Shown here: piece after piece, positions 63,164 through 64,000 of the stretch
Layout of the letters: every line of letters begins with the position of its first letter
Position numbering within the stretch: the first letter of the stretch is position 1
Origin: Acidimicrobiia bacterium
Lineage (GTDB): Bacteria > Actinomycetota > Acidimicrobiia > Acidimicrobiales > Bin134
Length of the DNA: 64,000 nucleotides
Assembly (NCBI GenBank): GCA_009842675.1
Contig: VYEX01000065.1
Location: 65,127-129,126 of the forward strand
Direction of reading: 5' to 3'
The notes under the pieces: model-generated
Seen by the model: only the letters and a program-made list of their open reading frames with translations
Database searches by the model: none
What the model was told of the DNA's origin: nothing
Position numbers and translations under genes: made by a program

Positions 63164-64000
63164 TCAGTCGTTGTCGATGATGGTGCCAGTGGCCGTGTTG
63201 TTGTCGGCAATTGCTGCGCCGTCGGCGCCGGTGAGCTCTATCTCCAGGGTTTCTTCGCCCTCGCGCTGAGTGTCGTCGATCACCATGATGACGATGCTGC
63301 CGTGCGTATGGCCTGCCCAGATCGTTGCCCGGCTAGAGCCGCCGTGGTGGTCCGACGGCAACGTGGTGCCCAAGTGGACCCGGTAGTGGACTGTGATGTT
63401 GTGGTGGGAGGGCTTATCGAGCGAGATGCGGAACTCCAGCAGCGAGAACCCGGCGAGCTCGCCCTCGACAACCGACGCATCGGAAACCGACACCACCGGC
63501 AAATCCGCGGGGGTCGGGTCGTCGTCATCGGCAACGGCCACGCTCGCAGTGCCGTGGGCGGATGAGACGGTGTAGCCGTCGCCGCTGTTCACGGTCACCG
63601 TGACCGACCCGTCGGGCTCGTCAGCGCCGTCATCGGATGTGGACACCGTCACAGTGACGCTGCCTCTGGTGGGCACCGTCACCGTCCGAGAACCCGTCGA
63701 GGCCTCGAAATCGCCGGACTGGGCCACCGACACGCTCACCGCCAGCGGCGCGGTCGGCGCCGGGCTCGCCGACACCGTGAACGAAGCATCTGCGCCCTCG
63801 GTCACCCCGCTGCCCGCGGTCACGCTGATCTCCGGCACCGCCGGCGGCGGGTCGTCGTCATCGGCCACGGCGACGGTGGCCGAGCTTTGCGTCGTGGAGA
63901 CGGTGTAGCCGTCGCCACCGTTCACGGTCACTGTGACCGACCCGTCGGCCTCGTCGGCATCATCGTCGGACGTGGACACGGTTAGCGTCGCGGTACCACT
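63164..64000 (-). CDS. Calx-beta repeat protein, C-terminal part (5' end outside the window)
   Basis: Repeated modules ...SV(S/T)DASVVEG..., DDG(A/D)DEPDGSVTVTV(N)(S/G)GDGYTVS...ATVAVADDDDP, and terminal ...IDDTQREGEETLEIELTGADGAAIADNNTATGTIIDND*. The frame remains open to the window edge. Confidence 0.8.
   Translation of the reverse strand, partial: SGTATLTVSTSDDDADEADGSVTVTVNGGDGYTVSTTQSSATVAVADDDDPPPAVPEISVTAGSGVTEGADASFTVSASPAPTAPLAVSVSVAQSGDFEASTGSRTVTVPTRGSVTVTVSTSDDGADEPDGSVTVTVNSGDGYTVSSAHGTASVAVADDDDPTPADLPVVSVSDASVVEGELAGFSLLEFRISLDKPSHHNITVHYRVHLGTTLPSDHHGGSSRATIWAGHTHGSIVIMVIDDTQREGEETLEIELTGADGAAIADNNTATGTIIDND

Overview
High-GC, Actinomycetota-like chromosomal window with dense coding and many 4-nt start/stop overlaps. 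No rRNA, CRISPR, integrase or transposase was recognised.

(1) 1-8.2 kb is a conserved core block, all on the minus strand: tig-clpP-clpX-folC-ndk-mreB-mreC-mreD-mrdA'.

(2) 8.2-9.7 kb holds four tRNA genes (Gly, Arg, His, Lys) bracketing a haloalkane-dehalogenase-type hydrolase.

(3) 9.7-15.3 kb is a single 1857-aa secreted multidomain protein. It has two NHL/YWTD-like propeller modules, an HExxH core and FN3/Ig-like modules. Its 3' end overlaps tRNA-Lys. Its 5' end abuts an AT-rich array of three 29-bp repeats, each carrying a TAGTA-N5-TACTA palindrome, and that array truncates a RelE/ParE-like ORF.

(4) 15.8-28.6 kb is a corrinoid-dependent quaternary-amine (glycine-betaine-type) demethylation module. 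It encodes a corrinoid protein, DUF1638, a small conserved protein, a methyl-corrinoid:THF methyltransferase, a RACo-like activase, a non-pyrrolysine MttB-family methyltransferase and a GFA protein. Next to it lie an IclR regulator, etfBA, a DMGO/DMGDH-family enzyme and metF. A palindromic motif G[T/G]TCC-N7-GG[A/T]AC recurs in the three promoter regions of this block.

(5) 28.6-63 kb is a catabolic accessory region. It contains Rieske oxygenases, P450s (one frameshifted), amidohydrolases, VOC proteins, acyl-CoA dehydrogenases (including an overlapping pair), a CoA ligase, cyclases, GMC and Gfo/Idh/MocA oxidoreductases, TauD and a crotonase. It also holds a long minus-strand operon combining a second, orphan MttB paralog with two tandem DMGDH/SarDH-like enzymes.

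(6) 57.8-60.3 kb is a small islet: a stand-alone metallophosphoesterase plus two tandem 'small protein + minimal nucleotidyltransferase' toxin-antitoxin-like modules.

(7) The window ends inside a Calx-beta repeat protein.

The most interesting candidates are the orphan-MttB/DMGDH operon and its relation to the corrinoid module, the shared operator motif, the giant secreted protein with its iterated operator array, and the NTase modules.

All functional calls rest on motif and family recognition by eye from the supplied translations. No database search was run.
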